Assembly: GCA_013115145.1 (NCBI GenBank)
Contig: JAAPAO010000150.1
Location: 1-61,862 of the forward strand
Source of the DNA: Perkinsus chesapeaki ATCC PRA-425
Taxonomy: Eukaryota > Protista > Perkinsozoa
Reading direction: 5' to 3'
Length of the DNA: 61,862 nucleotides
The position numbers were made by a program, and so were the translations under genes. The notes beneath the pieces are model-generated. The model worked only from the letters and a program-made list of their open reading frames with translations, made no database searches and was not told where the DNA came from. Below, in pieces: positions 10,868-24,915 of this stretch (position 1 is the first letter of the stretch; each line of letters begins with the position of its first letter).

Positions 10868-12082
10868 ATGAGCTTCCTCGGCTTGGTCTGTAAGGTATCG
10901 GTTATATCTATAAGTGGCTGGATTGTGCTACTGGCCCTTTTCGTCGCCTACGTCGGAGATGTTACCCATGCGATACCGGAAAGCTACAAGACTACTGATT
11001 GCAGCGTTAATGAAGTGTATGGAGTTCATCGAGAACTAGCGCATCCCGATGTACCATTCAAGTGCGGCTCTGTCGAGCTGTTCAACTCTGCCGACCTAGC
11101 AGTCCGCGCTTACGTCCAGCCTGATGGTGGCACCTGCTGGAGCAACGGCGGTTTTATCAGAGTTGGTGGAAAGCTCATCATGGTTGACGCTCTCCAAGAT
11201 ATAACGCTCACTGGAAATATGGTGAAGTCCGCCGCCGACATGGGCGAGATCGACACGTTTATTCTCACGCACCCGGACATTGATCATTTCGGTGGCATCT
11301 TGGCGGTTCCGAATGCGACTACCGCCATTATGCACGAGAAGATGGGCCCCGTGGTGGAGGGCACCTTCAAGGTCGCTAAGGCATCCTTCAAAAAGCTCAC
11401 TGCTGCCTACTTTCTGTACGAGTATTTTGCTAGGTTTTTCGTGCCTTATATACACCAACTGCCCAGCAAGGTCCAAGGTGTGCTGGGGACGCTTAAGAAC
11501 GGTCACTACCTTGCCAAGTTCGATGCGACTATGCCGGAGAGCTTTCCATTGGAAACCAAAACTTTCGCCTCTGACGAGTATCTTGTGAACGAGGATGTCG
11601 GTGTGAAGTGCTTTGGCTCGATCCACAGCAAATATGACTGCATGGTCCTCGTCCCTCGCGCCAAGATCGTCTTTACCGGCGATTTGCTTTTTATTGGGGT
11701 CACGCCTATCATGTGGGCCGGTCCCGTCGACAAGTGGCTTGATGCCTTGGCTTGGTTAGAGCAAGAGGTTGATGACACCTGGAAGCTGGTGCCTGGTCAT
11801 GGTCCGGTGACGACTCTGAAGGGTTTGAAGGCCCTCGAGAGATACTGGACCTTTTTCCGTGACCAGATGAAGGCTGATAGCTGCAAGTGTCTCACTGAGG
11901 ATGAGCCTTGCGGAACCCGGAAACCCGAAGAATTCAAGGAATGGGTCTCCCCTGAGAGAATGCGTATCAATGGGTACGTCCATTGCGAGGTAGAGGACAG
12001 CTCTAAGATCACCGTTGACACAAAGATTCGTCTCCTCGCCGAGGCCGAAGTCCTGAGGATGAAGTCGGTTACGCCGTCTTGA
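10868..12082 (+). CDS. Metallo-beta-lactamase-fold hydrolase with N-terminal membrane anchor, copy 1, intronless
   Basis: AYVQPDGGTCWSNGG, THPDIDH, IHSKYD, FTGDLLFIGVTPIMWAGP and VPGHGP motifs; hydrophobic N-terminus. Confidence 0.9.
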   Translation: MSFLGLVCKVSVISISGWIVLLALFVAYVGDVTHAIPESYKTTDCSVNEVYGVHRELAHPDVPFKCGSVELFNSADLAVRAYVQPDGGTCWSNGGFIRVGGKLIMVDALQDITLTGNMVKSAADMGEIDTFILTHPDIDHFGGILAVPNATTAIMHEKMGPVVEGTFKVAKASFKKLTAAYFLYEYFARFFVPYIHQLPSKVQGVLGTLKNGHYLAKFDATMPESFPLETKTFASDEYLVNEDVGVKCFGSIHSKYDCMVLVPRAKIVFTGDLLFIGVTPIMWAGPVDKWLDALAWLEQEVDDTWKLVPGHGPVTTLKGLKALERYWTFFRDQMKADSCKCLTEDEPCGTRKPEEFKEWVSPERMRINGYVHCEVEDSSKITVDTKIRLLAEAEVLRMKSVTPS

Positions 12083-12358
12083 AGAGTGCTCTTCAAGCCT
12101 ATCATAGGACACTTTCACTATGGTTCACATCTCATAGCTGCTTTTCATATTTTACTAGTCTGGATGCTTTGTGTTGACCAGAGGTGGGCACCGGGAAACA
12201 CTGGCTCCATATCGTGTGAACCGCTGAGCGCTTGCGACGCGCTCCTCCACACGCAATGATTGCGCGACCTCCAGCAATGCAAGGCGACTCAGTTGCCCTC
12301 TCGAAAGTGCCGGTAGAGCTCTTTTTCGATACACTGATTAGTTCATTTGCCTTTGATA

Positions 12359-13579
12359 ATGTCCACTGTTGGTAGTTTCATAAAAGTGTCGACCCTGACG
12401 GTGGCTGTCTGTATGGCTCTGCTGGCCCTTTGGCTAGGTTACGAACTTCGAGACCCTCTACATGCTGTTCCTCCGAGTTACCTGGTTCACAGTTGCAGTT
12501 CCAACCCCCTCCCCAAGGCCCAGCAGGAACTGGCGCATCCCGACATTCCGTACCGGTGTGGGGTCACCGAGCTGTTTAGCTCTCCTAACGTTACTGTAGA
12601 GGCCTTTGTCCAGCCGGACGGTGGGCCGAGTTGGAGCAATGCGGGCCGCATTAAGGCCGATGGTCACGTCTACCAAGTCGACGCGCTCGTGGACCAGAAT
12701 CTGGCTGGGGCGATGGACGAGGCTTCTGAGCTCGGAGCAGCTGATACATTCATACTGACTCATCCTCATGGCGATCACATTGGAGGCATCTCTGCGTTCC
12801 AAAACATAACTAGGGGAGTCATGCAGGAGACAATGCTTCCTGTTGTGGAGGGCATTCTGAAGTCTTCTAGGGGTCAAGCTAAGAAACAGGCGATGGCCTA
12901 TTATTTATATGAATGGGTTGGCCAATACCTGCAGGGCTACTTAAACCTCCTCCCTGCCTCTTTGCAGCACTTCGTTACTAAGGTTGAACGAGGCCACTAC
13001 GCCGCTAAGTTCGACCCAGCTAAGCCCGAGACCCTTCCTTTCGCCGTGGAGGCCTTTAATGGCGATAACCTCAAAGTTGGTGAGCATATTGAAATAAAGT
13101 GCTTCGGGCCTACTCATAGTGCTTATGATTGCATGGTCATTGTTCCCGAAGCCAAGGTTGTCTTCACTGGTGACCTCCTGTTTGTGGGCGTCGCTCCCAT
13201 CATGACCACCGGATCTGCTCAGCATTGGTTAAATGCCCTCATTTGGCTAGAGCGCTCTATCGACTCGTCGTGGAAGCTTGTGCCTGGACACGGCCCTGTG
13301 ACAACATTTGAGGGTCTCGAAGCCGTGAAGCATTACCTACGGGATCTACAGACCAGTGTGCGTCAAGAAGGTTGCTCCTGTTTGGAGTCCGGTGGTTTTT
13401 GTGGCACCGACTTCTACAAGGAGCTTCCTGAGGAATTCTCAGATTGGGCCGAGCCTCAGCGCTCTGTAATGGATGCCCATATTGAATGCGAGTGGACCAA
13501 AGGAAGAAGGCCAGATCAATCGAACCTCGCGGATCTGTTCGTCGATTCCGAGTTACTCAAACTAAAGTCTTCAAATTAG
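12359..13579 (+). CDS. Metallo-beta-lactamase-fold hydrolase with N-terminal membrane anchor, copy 2, intronless
   Basis: FVQPDGGPSWSNAG, THPHGDH, THSAYD, FTGDLLFVGVAPIM and VPGHGP motifs; colinear paralog of copy 1. Confidence 0.9.
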   Translation: MSTVGSFIKVSTLTVAVCMALLALWLGYELRDPLHAVPPSYLVHSCSSNPLPKAQQELAHPDIPYRCGVTELFSSPNVTVEAFVQPDGGPSWSNAGRIKADGHVYQVDALVDQNLAGAMDEASELGAADTFILTHPHGDHIGGISAFQNITRGVMQETMLPVVEGILKSSRGQAKKQAMAYYLYEWVGQYLQGYLNLLPASLQHFVTKVERGHYAAKFDPAKPETLPFAVEAFNGDNLKVGEHIEIKCFGPTHSAYDCMVIVPEAKVVFTGDLLFVGVAPIMTTGSAQHWLNALIWLERSIDSSWKLVPGHGPVTTFEGLEAVKHYLRDLQTSVRQEGCSCLESGGFCGTDFYKELPEEFSDWAEPQRSVMDAHIECEWTKGRRPDQSNLADLFVDSELLKLKSSN

Positions 13580-13916
13580 GCTTGTTCAATGTCATCGGTA
13601 TACCATATCTGCTCCGCCTTTCGAGTTTTCTCGCGTGATCCACAACCAGTTGCGTTTGTTAATCTCGGCCCCCTTTTTCCGAACGCTAACGAAGCACTTT
13701 ATTGTCAAACCCTGATAGTTCGATAATGAGTGAAGTGAGCGGAACCTCGATCAACCACACGTTGATTGTAAGGTAACCACGTAGCCCGAACGTGATCTTG
13801 TCTAACTGTAATCTGCAGAGTTGCTCTTCCTGCACTGCAAGTCGGTACCACCTTGGTTTGTGATATAGCCGACGACAAAATCGCCGAGGTAAGATCACTC
13901 CCAAAGGGTTCCCTGA

Positions 13917-15799
13917 ATGTGTCATACTACGCAGGCATCTGAGCTCGTGTCCATCACAACGCGCGAGTTATGGCGACAGCTAGAGCGGATGGGATCAGTA
14001 GCCGACAGCAGCACAGAGGTCCTCGCTGATTTGGAGAAAGCTGTCGTTGAGAAAGCAGCGCTTTTTCGAGAAGAGCTCCAATCAGTCAGGTGAGCCACGA
14101 GGCACACGGTCCTGGCCGTTTGGCCGAAGGGTCGACTCCTCAGGAAAGCAACAGTCGAGGCAGAGGCCCGAGCATCCGAGGACAGAGCTATACTAGAGAA
14201 GATGAGAGAAGACTATTTCAGGGAGATCAACACTCTGAGGGAAGAGCTCAGCAGGAAAAGCATCGGGGAGCCATTGCCGCCCTCGGTTAACGCGGAGGAT
14301 ATTTGCTCCTTTAAAGTGGAAGATTATCCCACCGCGGACATGTCTGAGAGCGCTTCGCGACTAGTGGCCTTGGCAATACAGGAAGTAACGTCCGAGTTCA
14401 AGGTATCAGCTGTGTACCGCTAAGGACTCGAGGTATCTGCTTCCTTCAGCTCAAGTACGAAGAGGCTCTCGGCCGGCATTCTCGGCAGCTCTCGCATGCC
14501 CACGACGAGATCGCAAGTGCGCACGTTAAGCTCGAGCAAGTTGAGCGGCGATGTCGTTATATGATGTCAAAGTTGGGCTTCCAAAAAGAGTAGGCGTCCA
14601 CAGTGCATGTTGGACGCGATTTTTCAATCAGGTCGGAGATCGACAAAGCCATGAGCAATGGAACAGCGAAGTCTAACTGGAACCGAGCGCGTGACATAGT
14701 TAAGACATTGCGGGCATCGGCCAACCTGTGGGCTCAAATACGCGACTTCGAGAGAAAAGTAGACGTGGGAACGGACGTACAGAAGGTAGGCTGCGGACTT
14801 ATTACCAACTTGTTCATCTCGTTCGCTCAGGATCTACAACCACAACTCGTTAACCGCTTTATGATTACCGAGCAGGAATATTCTTCCAGGCAAACTCAAA
14901 CTGAACGGAGTCTGTCCCCCACAAGGATGCAACTTGGCCTCGACATCAACACTGTATCGAGGACTACCACAACCCCGACAGTTTCGCCGCGGATCTCGAG
15001 TGTGCGGCCGAGGACGTTAACGCGCGGATTAGCTCTCGTCATCCCCGCGCAGTTCAAAACGCGCGAGGAGTTGGCTATGCTCTGCGAAGACATCGGCAGC
15101 CTCTACTCGATGCGAATAAAGGAAAGCCTTTTCGCGGCTGCCCCTGATCAAGTTCAAGGGTGCCTCAACCTGTCCCACCTTGTACGGCTGCATTCGTATT
15201 GCTCAAGTCAGCTTGGTGTAATCGACCCTCTCGGGAAGGCCCCTCAGTTCCCGCCGCCCTTGAAGTTGAGGTCGCCAAGAGCGCGAAAGATGATTCCTCC
15301 ACTAGGGTATCTACAGGAAGTTGCGGACGCTACTTTTACCTCCTTGTTCACGTCTCGCGAAGAGTCATCCAGCCGACCAGAAAAAGATAGCCCTCGCCCA
15401 CGAAAGCGCGAGCCGGAGGTGGTCCTTAGTCCAGCAGATGAACGGCGGGCGATACTATCCGGGATCGTTAAGGGCGGAGGTTGGGCTCATTGGAAGTCTA
15501 CACCGCTTCCACCGCGGCGGACCAAGCGGAGAGTTCTAGCTCCCCCACGCGGACGGCGGAGAAGCTCTTTACTCGACCTGACTGAGTGCACGAAGATACG
15601 CACGGGCGTTTACGACGTTCAACACGATCCCAGCAAGATAACGCCCCTCGACATGGGGAAGCGCAGCATGCTGGCTGCCAAGTACATTGGAGAAGTGCAG
15701 CCTTCAGTGACACTACAAATCCCCAAAGTGCCACATGTCCCACGCGAAGAGTACGAGGAGCATGCTGATACGATGAGATCTGCACTGGGGATGACCTGA
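13917..15799 (+). CDS. Hypothetical protein, N-terminal coiled coil and long basic/Pro-rich last exon
   Basis: 398-codon ORF 14603-15799 plus upstream exons with GT-AG introns (MCHTTQASEL..., YFREINTLREELSRK). No recognisable domain. Confidence 0.65.
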
Positions 15800-16048
15800 G
15801 TTCCTTGGCAACCGATGGATCGGACGGTGGTGTGGCGGCGGCGGGGTTCAGTGGTTGCAGTATGAACAGGAACCCTCCATGAAACAGACGTGGCTGTACA
15901 TGAAGATGCGACTTGTCCCTATGCTATACTAGCTCCGAGTTTGAACTTGTATCCGGCGAATCCTGGCGGCGGCGGCGGTGAAGTGAGCGCATGTGTTATA
16001 ATAGATTGTTGGCACTTGCAGCCATTTCAATATCTTCTTCAACCTCTC

Positions 16049-19000
16049 ATGACTGAACATCCTGCCACTTCCACTTCACTGGAGGACGACTCCACGGAGA
16101 CCGGAAACATCAACGTCGCCGTTCGTATAAGATCTTGGCCGAACGTGCCAGACTCCTCGCCTTGCATTCTCCATGACGGCAATAAGACTCTCTCCATCAA
16201 GGTGAGGCGTGGATAGTATCGATATGCACGCTTGAACCCTGCCTCCTCAGGATTCCAGCAACAATGAACGAACCTTCACCGTCGACTACGTATTTGACAG
16301 CGCGGATCACGGCAGCTCGAGATACGCTACTCAGGAAAATATATACTCTGAGATCGGCTCGACGATCCTAAAAAACAGTTAACCGCAGCAGAAGATTCCC
16401 CCGTTGGATGAGCCGTTGGTGTTGTCAGGTTTACAAGGCTTCAACGGATGCCTCTTCGCTTATGGCCAGACCGGTTCTGGCAAGTCTTACACCATGCACG
16501 GTCAGTCCGGATCGTATTCGGGAAAGAAGCGTGGTATAATACCGAGGCTCAGCAGAGGCCTGTTCGATGCTGGGAGAGATTCGGTTGGCCAAGTGACAGC
16601 AGTTATTAAAGAAAGGTTCGCTTCTCACGGTTGGCTTTTCAGTTGAGGATGTGGCTGTCATACCCCGAAATATATAACGAGCATCTGCGGGACCTCCTCG
16701 CCGTGGATGATGAGTAGCCCCACCACAGTCGCCTTTGCATTCTTTTATTTGCCTTATTTTCCTCAGCAATAGAGACCTTACCGTCATGGAGCATCCAGGG
16801 ATTGGCGTGTATGTTAGGGATCTCACCGAGGCTGTACTGCAGACACCCGAGGACGTCGAGAAGCTCTTGCAATGTGACAAGCCGCCACCGATGAATGCTG
16901 GTAGCTCGCTCCTTTAGTTGGCAACAAGCGGCGGGCAGAGTCGGTCACTTGTATGAACCCGCATTCCAGCCGCAGCCACGCTGTCTGCAGAATTCGCCTC
17001 GAGGTAGTTGACCGGATTGCAACACGAAAAACGGTTGTTACGCGCTTTCAGTGCCAACCCGCCCCAGACGGGCCTATTGTACGGTCCTGCATAAACCTTG
17101 TGGACTTGGCTGGAAGTGAGAGGCAGGAAAAGACCCACAGCAGCGGCACTGTCCTTCGGTGAGAACGATACCTGATCGGCAGCGCTCGGCGGGTTCTACA
17201 TCAGCTTTGCTCTGTCAGTGAGGCCAACTCCATCAACCAGAGCCTCAGTGCTCTTGGCATGGTTATCAAGCACCTTGTGGAAAGAGGACCCAACTCTAAA
17301 GGCACTAAACGAGGGACGGCGAGAGGTTCGGCTCCTCTTCTGCTGGCTTTTCTTTCACAGTGAATTCTGGGCTCAGGCTCTCATAGCGGCGCGGCATGGA
17401 TTCCCTTTCGCTCTTCTAAGCTAACCTTCATCCTCAAGGATTCTCTCGTTGGCAACTCGAAGACCTTCATGATCGCCTGCGTCAGCCCGGCACAGTAGCA
17501 GCCTCCATTTTGACTTGGCGAAACCTGCCATGCTTCAGCACGGAGCTCGAGGAGACCCTCTCCACGATGCGCTTCGCCGCATCTGTACAGAAAGTCAGAG
17601 TATCAGCCAAGATCAACATCGATCGAAATGAACAAGTCCTCCAAGATCTCCAGCTTGAGGTACGCCACTGATCGCCCGACAACCAGGATGCACTCACCTC
17701 GTAGATCGGAAGCCTCCGCCGGCAGCTGCAGTCCCAGAAATCAATGACGAGATCTACTGAGGTGGCGATGCTCACTCGTGAACTGAAAGAGAGAGAACGT
17801 CTTGTCGCGGACATGAGGAAGTCTTACGAAAGCCAAGTACGCTAACACTCAACGGTAGCGCTGCGCACATTTCCGGTCATTTAGTTGGAGGCCTCCAAGG
17901 AGATGCTGCGAGTTCGCGAGGCGGCCTTAGCGGACATGGGTCTGTCCTCGTCGGAAATCAACGCGGCTTTCGGAGTCGGGGATGACACACCGTATATGCT
18001 GAACGTCTCCCAGGACCCAATGCTGTCGGGGTCTCTCATCTACTACTTTCAAACTGACGCAGTAGGCCGAACCCACTGGGCGGCTAAGCCGTACTTGCCT
18101 TTCAGACCACAACGATCGGTAGCTCCCCAACAGAGAGTCAGATGGTCCTCAGAGGAATCGGCATACCCGATTCTCTCTGCCAAGTTATCAACGAAGGCAA
18201 CAAAAGGCTAGCTATTTCCCTCACCGACGTGGGGGCCCAAGCCGGTGGCAGAGTTCTCGTCAATGGCCGCGTAAGGGTTTCTATTCGGCATCGCTGAAGA
18301 GAGATTGCTCAGGTTATTCGGCCAGGCGACCCTCCGAGAAGGATTCGCCACCTTGACCGACTTGTCTTTGGCCGCGCCCACTGCATGAGTTTGATTATTC
18401 CCAAGTCGAGAGAGGCCCGCAGCGCCGCCAACCAAGCGGTGTGTGCAACTGTTGTTAGGGGGAGTATCTGCACCTCAGATTGATGGCACCCCCAGTGATG
18501 TGGTGTACGACGACTTCGTTCGAGAAATAGTTCATGATGACTCTAGCGAGGCTTTCCAGGTTAGATGAACTTCGGCGGCGAAATTTCCAAGTCGCTTCAG
18601 GAGCTTCGCCACTATATTGAAGAAGTGAAGAACAAGCTCAATGAGCAACAGATGGCAGAGTTTGTCCAGGTTCGCCATGAGACATCAACACTGGACCAAC
18701 CATAGTGCTACTTAGGTGCTCAAGACCATCTGTCCACTCGTAGACGAGGCCAACGATATGAGCTCCGAGTTGAGGCCACAAATGAACTTTAGGTTGGGGC
18801 TGCTTCCTCCTTTATGAGCAGGCAAAGCATTCGCTTATCAGATTTGAGGTCGAACTCATCTGGGATATCTATAACTCGCCGGCTCGTGACCTCATCGTCA
18901 TTCGTTTGCTGGAGTTCCACAAAAACAGCGATGGACCAGAGGATGGCACAAACGCCACCGTAGCTTACGTTGGGTTAGAGTTGCTCATGTGTGAATCGAA

Positions 19001-20725
19001 GGTTCTTTGCTACTGGAGCTCCCAGAGATTCCGACATCAGCTGGATGTCATGCGGGACCTCTATCATCGGGTGCAGATAGGATCGGTCAGCCGCCGAGGT
19101 GAGGGGGAGCCTGCTGCTGCAGAAGCGCCGACGGGTAGCGCTTTTGGTCAGATGTAGAGACCGGCAAGTTCTTCAAGACCGCTGAGGGTCGACTGCTCGA
19201 CGCGTGGAGCGACGAGCCCACGGATGTGAAGTACCAGGCTCGACCACCTCCGACTGAGCACACGGTTGGAACATTTCTCAGAACTCACTGCGAATTCTCA
19301 ACAAGAGCTTCCCTCAATAAGGAGATAGAACAGATGAAGGAAAGTCTCGTCAGCTCAGCGGCTGCCCCTACAACGCGCAGACGATCGACAGTGATCTAAA
19401 GCCTTTTGTGAAGTTCTATTGATACAGCCAGTGCAGGTTCTACACAGTATCACTGGTTCTAATGCAGCACTCGTGTTCGAGTCTCCCGAAGAACCCAAGC
19501 CTGAGGAAGTTGCTGCAGCCGTGGGTTGTGGCGGGCTCGCTGAGGCAATGGTGTTGGCTTAACATTGGACTTCAGGTTGTTCCCGCCGTTCTGAAGAAAG
19601 CGCTCAATCAGCCACCAAGCGAATTAGAGGAGCTTAGAAGAAGGAATACCGAGCTGGCGGCAGTGAACGCTTCGTTAGAACAAGAAAATGAGAAATTGCG
19701 ACAAGTGACTTGCAGTCGGGCAACGTAGTGTATGAAACCCATCACTTTTCAGTTGCTGTTAGAGAAGACTGCCTCACGGGCACCTGAGAATCTTACGGCG
19801 TCTGACACTTCTTTACTATCGAAAACCTGGGGGAGCTTCGCACCGTCGATACAGAAGAGCATCTCTCAAACAGTTCTTCCCGACGCGGCTACATCGAAGT
19901 TGCTTCCTAGCTCGCTCGTGTATGCGCCTTCCCAGTCGGTACACGTCCACCAAAGAGGCCTATCACGAAGCCAAAGTGGCAATCATTTGATTCCGCCCCC
20001 TACACCGAGTGTCAGACCGGCTTCTCGTTACGGTACGCTCAGCTTGATGAACGATTCCCTCTTATCGCTTTTGTTAGGTGTTCTTCTCACAACTTCCCCT
20101 TCGTATCAACCAGTCGTACCAGCTCTCCAGAACCAGTCGATGGCGCCACCACCACAAGCCCGGACAGCGTCATTCCCTTCCCAAAAGCTTTCTTTATCAA
20201 GCTCCACCCCCAGTCTGACAAGGAACCAGACAACGCTCAACCAATACCAGCGAGCAGATGTCCGGTCCGTTTCCCCTGGTGGAAAGCACGAGCCACGAGT
20301 GGTGTCAATGCACGTGTATCCAGTCGGGGTGGTCCCTCGTTGCATCAAGTCCCAAAGGGAGGTGAGCCGAAAGAAAGGCGCTCTAACGGCAGCGGTTCGA
20401 TCCTGGTAGGTCTCATTGGCTTCATTCGGGCATCTCATAGAGACTCTGTTTGGTGGGCCGGCTCGAGCCATGTCATATTTTGACCCAGCTAGAAGGGGAC
20501 AGGTAAATCACTGTTCGCGGAGTCCTGGGATATCTATTGGCGAAGGTAAATTACTCCGATTTCGCACACCTGTTGGCCGCGGTTACGAGACGCGATTGGG
20601 TTATGACACCAAAAGGTAATTTACCACACGGCATCGGCAATCTTGGAAGCTCACTGCAGGCCGAGGACATGCCTCTCATGACACATTATTCGGATGCGAT
20701 GACGCCAATCTATTTGCCAACCTAG
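16049..20725 (+). CDS. Kinesin-3 family motor (FHA-containing), multi-exon; 3' end approximate
   Basis: [71 protein letters not shown], and [19 protein letters not shown] (kinesin-3 pre-FHA). In-frame splicing continues into the Ser/Pro-rich tail. Confidence 0.88.
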
Positions 20726-21047
20726 ATCAGGGTGGTAAAGGTCTGCTAACCATTCAAGTGAGACCGTTGGCCATGATAGCAAGCTATTGTTCTATCAGGA
20801 TTTTGTTTATGCACATATGTGCGCACACGCTTGGTCCCAAGGCATGGCATTGCCTCCTCCACCGCGGTAGTTCCCACCTAAGCTCGCCTTTCCCTGTCAT
20901 GTTATCGTTGTACGGTTGTTGTCTACTACCGGCTCGTGTTATTCAGTCAAACTAACAACTCAACGAAACTCGATGCTCTACGGGAAACTTCAAAGCCGTG
21001 TTTTACAACTCCAAGATAGAACGACATACAATAAGTCAAAAGCATCA

Positions 21048-23233
<2,186 letters not shown>

Positions 23234-23645
23234 ACAAGGTAGACCCAACTACGCTGAAAATGAAACGGAAATATCGAGACCGGATGGCCGAGCTATCTGG
23301 CAATGTGCTAGGTATGGAGTGCCGCGAAGGCATTACAGTGAGAGACTTAGCGCAACAGCAATACATATTCACATCACAACATCTTAACAACATCAGGAGG
23401 GGAGCAGTAGGGAGGGGGAGGGGGGACGTGGTGGTAACAGTACTTCCAGTGAGGCAAAAGCTACTGGTTATTGTTGGGAAGTGCCCAGAGCTTCGACGAA
23501 TCTTTGACGTTTCTTTGGTGGTCTGCGCTTATCCTCCTCCGTATCAACAAGCTCCGCTGTAGCGGCGGCGGCCTCAGAAGCATCAACACGGCTTCTCTTC
23601 GCGTAAGGGTGGTCCATCTCGGATGGTGCAGTGGAATCTGGCCTC

Positions 23646-24221
23646 CTAAAACACAACAATTGCAAGGACTGTAACACTCGTATCCCACCTGTTTTCAACC
23701 CTCTTCAGGTTCACTCTGTAGTCGAAGTCACTAGAGCCGTATCTCCCGAGGAGAAGGGTCAAAGTTGTGGCGTCTCCTGGCTGTCGACCATCCTCATCAA
23801 CCATCACAAACACAAAACCGGATGCGAGACTCCTCACACTAACCGTCGCACTTTTGGCATGATCTCGACGAGATAGGGATCCTATTCGCCATGATAAAGA
23901 GTAGGCATTTGACTTCAAGAAACTGTTGATGCCACCGATCACTGTCTGTTCAGCATAGGCGGGTTTTAGTTCAATATCTTCAATGGTGACGGGTTCATAT
24001 CCCAGTTCAGGTTTGAATACCAGATACGCCTTACGCCCACTGCGGGATGAAGGTGAATCCGATATGACCATATAGATTCGAGCCGTCCCTCTGAAAGGAT
24101 GCTGAGAAGGGTCAGAGACATAAAGTCCCGTTGGTGGCAGAGGAGGGCCGGTGGTTCGGCTCGAGGTGGGCGCGTGGCTGGCGAGTGATGGTACTAGGAG
24201 AGAGAGCAAGAGTAGTGCCAT
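23646..24221 (-). CDS. Perkinsus-type secreted protein (signal peptide + P-x-G-x-Y)
   Basis: MALLLLSLLVPSLAS...PPTGLYVS; open frame to the stop at 23646. Confidence 0.6.
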   Translation of the reverse strand: MALLLLSLLVPSLASHAPTSSRTTGPPLPPTGLYVSDPSQHPFRGTARIYMVISDSPSSRSGRKAYLVFKPELGYEPVTIEDIELKPAYAEQTVIGGINSFLKSNAYSLSWRIGSLSRRDHAKSATVSVRSLASGFVFVMVDEDGRQPGDATTLTLLLGRYGSSDFDYRVNLKRVENRWDTSVTVLAIVVF

Positions 24222-24431
24222 GGAACAGTATCCAATGCAGATGCTGCTAACACAATCACCGCAGGCCTCTACACGAACCATGAACACTATTATCCTCATA
24301 TATTTCCCTTTGGAATTACTGCATCGCACGAAAGTTGTCGGAAAAACCGCACGCCCTCGTGGCCACCGTATGCTGCGCCAGGCAGACTCGAGCAGGGCCC
24401 CCACCGCCGCTGCCGAATGGTCAATCGACTG

Positions 24432-24835
24432 ATGAGTGGGCGATCACACTCCATCAGATACGAGGAGCTCTCAGCTGCAACTGTGCCTTCATACCAGTGC
24501 GATGCAGATCTCAACGTAGTGTTTCACCAGCCCAGAGTTTCGGCAAGCGTCTCGTCTCCTCTGAATGCCCTCTATAGACACATAGAGATCGAGGGTCGAT
24601 TTAGATACAGAGTGAACTACTCAAGGATAGCCGGTTACTTCTGTACATCAGAGCCCGCCTTACTGCATAGCGCGGAAGGCGAAATTCATGCACTCGAGGC
24701 TCTGCGCAGATCCAAGCGGATGGTGGTGGGTTGAGAGATTCGTTCATCAACCTACTTGCATTAAAGACCAGGTCTATACATGAAGCACTGATAAAGACGG
24801 TGGGCCAGAGCAGTACTAGGCATTTCTCCATGTAG
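24432..24835 (+). CDS. Small hypothetical protein, probably spliced
   Basis: 105-codon ORF with plausible GT-AG introns; no motif recognised. Confidence 0.3.
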
Positions 24836-24915
24836 AAGTCAGGCACTGCTGAGCCTCTGAGATATGGAGTGCAGATGAGGGCGGCGGGGCACGCCATAGA
24901 CAACTCAAGAAGGGA

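Noticed and set aside
11096-13225. Long antisense ORFs over the MBL genes (and similar ones over other CDSs)
   Set aside because: Shadow ORFs from codon bias on the opposite strand of real genes
23468-23625. Short ORF MDHPYAKRSRVDASE...PPKKRQR with NLS-like motifs
   Set aside because: About 50 codons with no support beyond composition; it may be real but cannot be backed from sequence alone
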